From NCBI GenBank assembly GCA_035084275.1, contig CM068758.1:5642001-5706000 (forward strand): a stretch of DNA of 64,000 nucleotides, read 5' to 3'. The notes under the pieces are model-generated. The model was not told where the DNA came from. It did not search any database and was given only the letters and a program-made list of their open reading frames with translations. Positions within the stretch are counted from its first letter, which is position 1, and each line of letters begins with the position of its first letter. This DNA is from Hydrolagus colliei (taxonomy: Eukaryota). Below are positions 60,568 through 64,000 of this stretch, piece after piece. Position numbers and translations under genes: made by a program.

Positions 60568-62084
60568 TGTTAGACAGTGTGAGGTAATGAATATAAATTT
60601 TACACTATGAACACACCTCACCCTCATAAACTACAATGACTTTCTTGCTATTTTAAGGTTTGATTTGCTGATTTCCATGGGAGAAAGATGATGGGAACAA
60701 GCAGTCTGGAATAACACAGCTTGTTATAACAGAGTTTTCCTGTCTTTCTATTTTACTGATGATGATACATTTACAGCTGCAATTTCAGGCTGTAATGAGC
60801 CTGAAAATACCACATCAGTCGAGCTGTTCAGACATTTTTAAAAAAATAATGAAGGTTTTTTTTTGTCTGACCCTTTGTTAAAGCACATTGTGAGCGGAAG
60901 CTTAGGCTAAATGGTGAGACTATCATAGCCCAGGGCTGCAGAAACCAACACAGACTGCAAGGAAGAAGCTAATGTATGGCAAAATCCCTCTTATAGTGGT
61001 TACAGAATTGCAATCAGCTCTTGACAATAAAAGGAGATCTGTATAACAGCCTCTCCTGTGCTGCTCCTCCTCCTCAAAACTCAATTGTTAAACTTGTTAG
61101 GTTTCTTGATTAATGCTGGACAAACCACCTGCGTCTATTTCAATGTGAAATTCCTTATCTCCATCTCTTGTTCTGTTACAAACATCTACAATTTTATCTC
61201 GATTTTTCAGTAATGTGCTTCCTAATTCATTCTTTCCATGTTGTTCTCTAAGTAAATTCACTGTACCACCATATTGCCCACATATTGCAAAGTGCCCAAG
61301 CCGCTGACTGCATTGAATAAATGTACCTTTTGTTACACCAGCTGCATTGAGCCTAAAGGTATTTGTGTGGCTTAGTCACATTACAACCTGGCCAGAGATG
61401 CTAAGCTTTCTTCAACATTAATCACTGGCCTTTCACTCATAATTTGTCATTCATAAGCTCAAAGCAGCACAGAGACAAAATGATTGATATCGGGAAGACT
61501 TCCTTTCACCTTGTCCTCGGCCTGCAGATTCCAAAGCCCAGTATGCAACTGAACTAAATTTGGGGGTGAATAATTTCCCCAGAGCTTTCCTCTACACTTC
61601 TGCTTGTAATAACAGAATGGACGACTTGATGATTTTACAGGTGTCACTCTTTTAGATGGCTAAGGAGAATATACTGAATGGCAAACATTATCACACCAAA
61701 ACAAAGAAAAACACACCACAGACCTTTGTCTTGTCAATGTCTTAAGATTTTGCAAGACTGACATACAGTGGACTAGACTTTATCAATCTGGCCAACTTTC
61801 TCTTTCTCCGTTGGCAGTTTTAAAGACTGAATCAGAGTTCAATGAGTCTTGCATTTAATGATTGGGGTATAAAGAGAAACTTCACTAACATGTGTCTGGT
61901 CCCACATTGGCTCTTTGACATGTCAATGGGAAAAATGCAAAGCAAGAGTCCAGCAAGTAGAGCCCACCACATATAATAATCTGTAAAATAACCAGATAGA
62001 ATCTATTGAATCCAAATGTTTCCGATCAAGCCTAGTTTATCATTTGTCAGCAATATTAGGAATACAAGAGTTGAATCTGATGCA

Positions 62085-62413
62085 TGTTCATATCTCTTCG
62101 TGCCCTGGTACCTCTCTTCCTCTCCGACCTGCTTAATTACCAAACCACTATGCTCTGCCACCGCTCAACTCACTCCAGCCTCCTCTTGTCCCTCATGCCA
62201 TCCGTGACTGTGCTTTCAGCAGCTATGCACTGGAATACTCGTCGTCTATCCTTGCTCCTTCTTTCTCCACCATAAGATCGCCCTTGAAGACCTTCCTCTT
62301 CGACCACGCCTATGGTCACCTCCACCCGGCTCGGCATTGTTTTCCGTCACTGTAAAGTGTCCTGGGCCGCTACCCTGCTTGAGGGGCGCTGTATAAATAC
62401 AACTTGTTGTTGT
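62085..62413 (+). mobile_element. L2 3' end
   Basis: gtgctttcagc...ctggaatactc...ttgaagaccttcctcttcgacc; tail gggcgctgtataaatacaacttgttgttg. Confidence 0.75.
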
Positions 62414-62918
62414 CTGTCAGCAAGTTAAGAGTTTTACCTGAAAATGAATAAACCTTTTAACCTGTGCTAATTTGAAGATCTGTATCCCACATCCTCAGGA
62501 GCTTTGTAACAGTGCAAGACACTGGATAACTGAAGTTTACCTATTCAACAAATGTGTTCCAATAGTGCAGGGCTGCCTGAACTGCAGCCCTACCCTCTGC
62601 TCGATGTTCATGCAGTCTGTTAACCTTTTGGTTCCACTGATTGAGCTGCTCCCTGGTACCCTACTCATTGGATCATTCTTCATGTGCAAGGCTGTGCAGT
62701 GAGAATGAAAAATTACTTGAATCACAAACCAGGAATTATATCTGGAACCTTTGTAATGTGAATAGCTTAGTGCTACAGCATGCTGGTCATTTAGTCAGTA
62801 AGGAATTACTTTCCACCTAGACTTTCGTCTTAATTGAATATTAGAATTGAAGAAAATTCTTAAATTCATTTTTAATTTGGAAGTTGGTTCTTTTTAAGAA
62901 CTGTCCAGAAGGAACACT

Positions 62919-63092
62919 ATAATAATAATATAATAATAATCCTTCCATTTGATATCGTGCCTTTACATGTCTTCGAGATGTCTCTTCACAGAACATACTG
63001 TAAAGTGAATTGGCTATATTTTGAGGGTGAAACACAGCAGCGAAATGTGCACATAAAATTGTGGATTGAGTGGGCAAATTATTATAATAAGT
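62919..63092 (-). mobile_element. SINE family A, 3' part
   Basis: (AAT)n ccttccatttgatatcgtgcc...cacagaacatactgtaaagtgaattg. Confidence 0.8.
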
Positions 63093-63799
63093 GAAAGAAT
63101 AAGGGACCTGATCATAAGGTGGAGATGGTAATGGATAGAAAGCATTTTTCTTGAACATCACCAGAAAGTTTGTGGTTCAGTACATATTGTGCATTTGCTA
63201 ATGCGCTACAAATTTACTCATGTCCCATGAAAACTTTGTTTTATTGGAGAAGGAGCAGACATTGTTACCCAATTTTGGTGCGTATTTTGGCACATGGCTT
63301 TGTTATTTCTCTAGTGCTTTAGTTCCTGCATTCCTAAGCCACACCTGCTCACAATTTCAGTCTATAAAAGCTTTTTGAATGACAGTTGTGTAGTTATAAG
63401 CCAAATTCACATCGTCTTCAAGATTCTGGGACAAAAAAATATTATTTTATGCTCAATGGTCTCGCCATGCACATATATTTATACACATTTTGAATATTTC
63501 ATTATGGGGGAGAAAAGGAAGATGAATCTATTTGTGGTCAATAGAGTGACAGATATTGATAATAGAATGTTTTCTTACTTCTATACACAGCACCTGCAGG
63601 TCAGGCAGGTACAGCACAGGTTAGATATCTCCTTGGATGTCAGACACAACCTAGATTAGCTAGAGTATAAACCTTCTCTTCAGATGCCCATTCTATAATT
63701 GCAGGTCAAGTACAACACATGTTAGATACAGAGCAATGTTACCACTACAAGAACGGTCAATGGAGGATTCCATTCCAAACAGAAGCAAATTTCCGTTTT

Positions 63800-64000
63800 C
63801 CTCATCCGTCCACTATGTGGTCCAGTGATGGACAATTTAGTGCCAAATTAGAGCCCTGAGGAATGTGCATGTGATAGTGGTGGGGGGGTATAAATTGTTC
63901 AATGAGTAGAGATGCTGGGATAGATAGGATTGAAACCAGGATGAAGCAGAGGGAAGAGGCGGTGGAAGATAGAATAGGCAATACTGTCAAAGGCAGCAGA
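63800..64000 (-). mobile_element. Decayed L2 RT fragment, running off the window
   Basis: Minus strand tctgcctttgacagt (SAFDT-like) and IPQGSNL (PQGSVL-like). Confidence 0.45.

Noticed and set aside
60000-64000. Search for the short netrin linker exon (KIP...-type, ~54 nt) and EGF exons
   Set aside because: No matching sequence found on the minus strand; these exons presumably lie beyond the window.

Overview
AT-rich vertebrate genomic DNA. The repeat complement (CR1 and L2 LINEs, Deu-domain SINEs, a Penelope-like fragment, a shark-type ~70-bp repeat unit) points to a cartilaginous fish, possibly a chimaera; this is inference. The only host protein-coding sequence I can support is the last two coding exons of a netrin gene on the minus strand (59915-59989 and 58546-58877, NTR/C345C domain). 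From recalled sequences it is most similar to netrin-3/chick netrin-2, and it is followed by a probable long, repeat-poor 3' UTR. The remaining ~54 kb is intergenic and TE-dense. It holds a young 5'-truncated CR1 with a single nonsense codon, older CR1/L2/L1/RTE fragments, about ten copies of a tRNA-headed SINE sharing an L2-type tail, older DeuSINEs, an internally deleted Tigger, two MITEs, a 138-N gap and several repeat-free, motif-dense islands that may be enhancers. I found no convincing new multi-gene system. The most unusual signals are a set of perfect fold-back (template-switch) scars, including a 39-bp-arm palindrome in the young CR1, two LINE insertions at the same SINE-tail motif, a 78-bp dispersed duplication, and a possible cassette exon in the netrin gene. 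Repeat boundaries were read by eye and are approximate unless TIRs or TSDs are stated.
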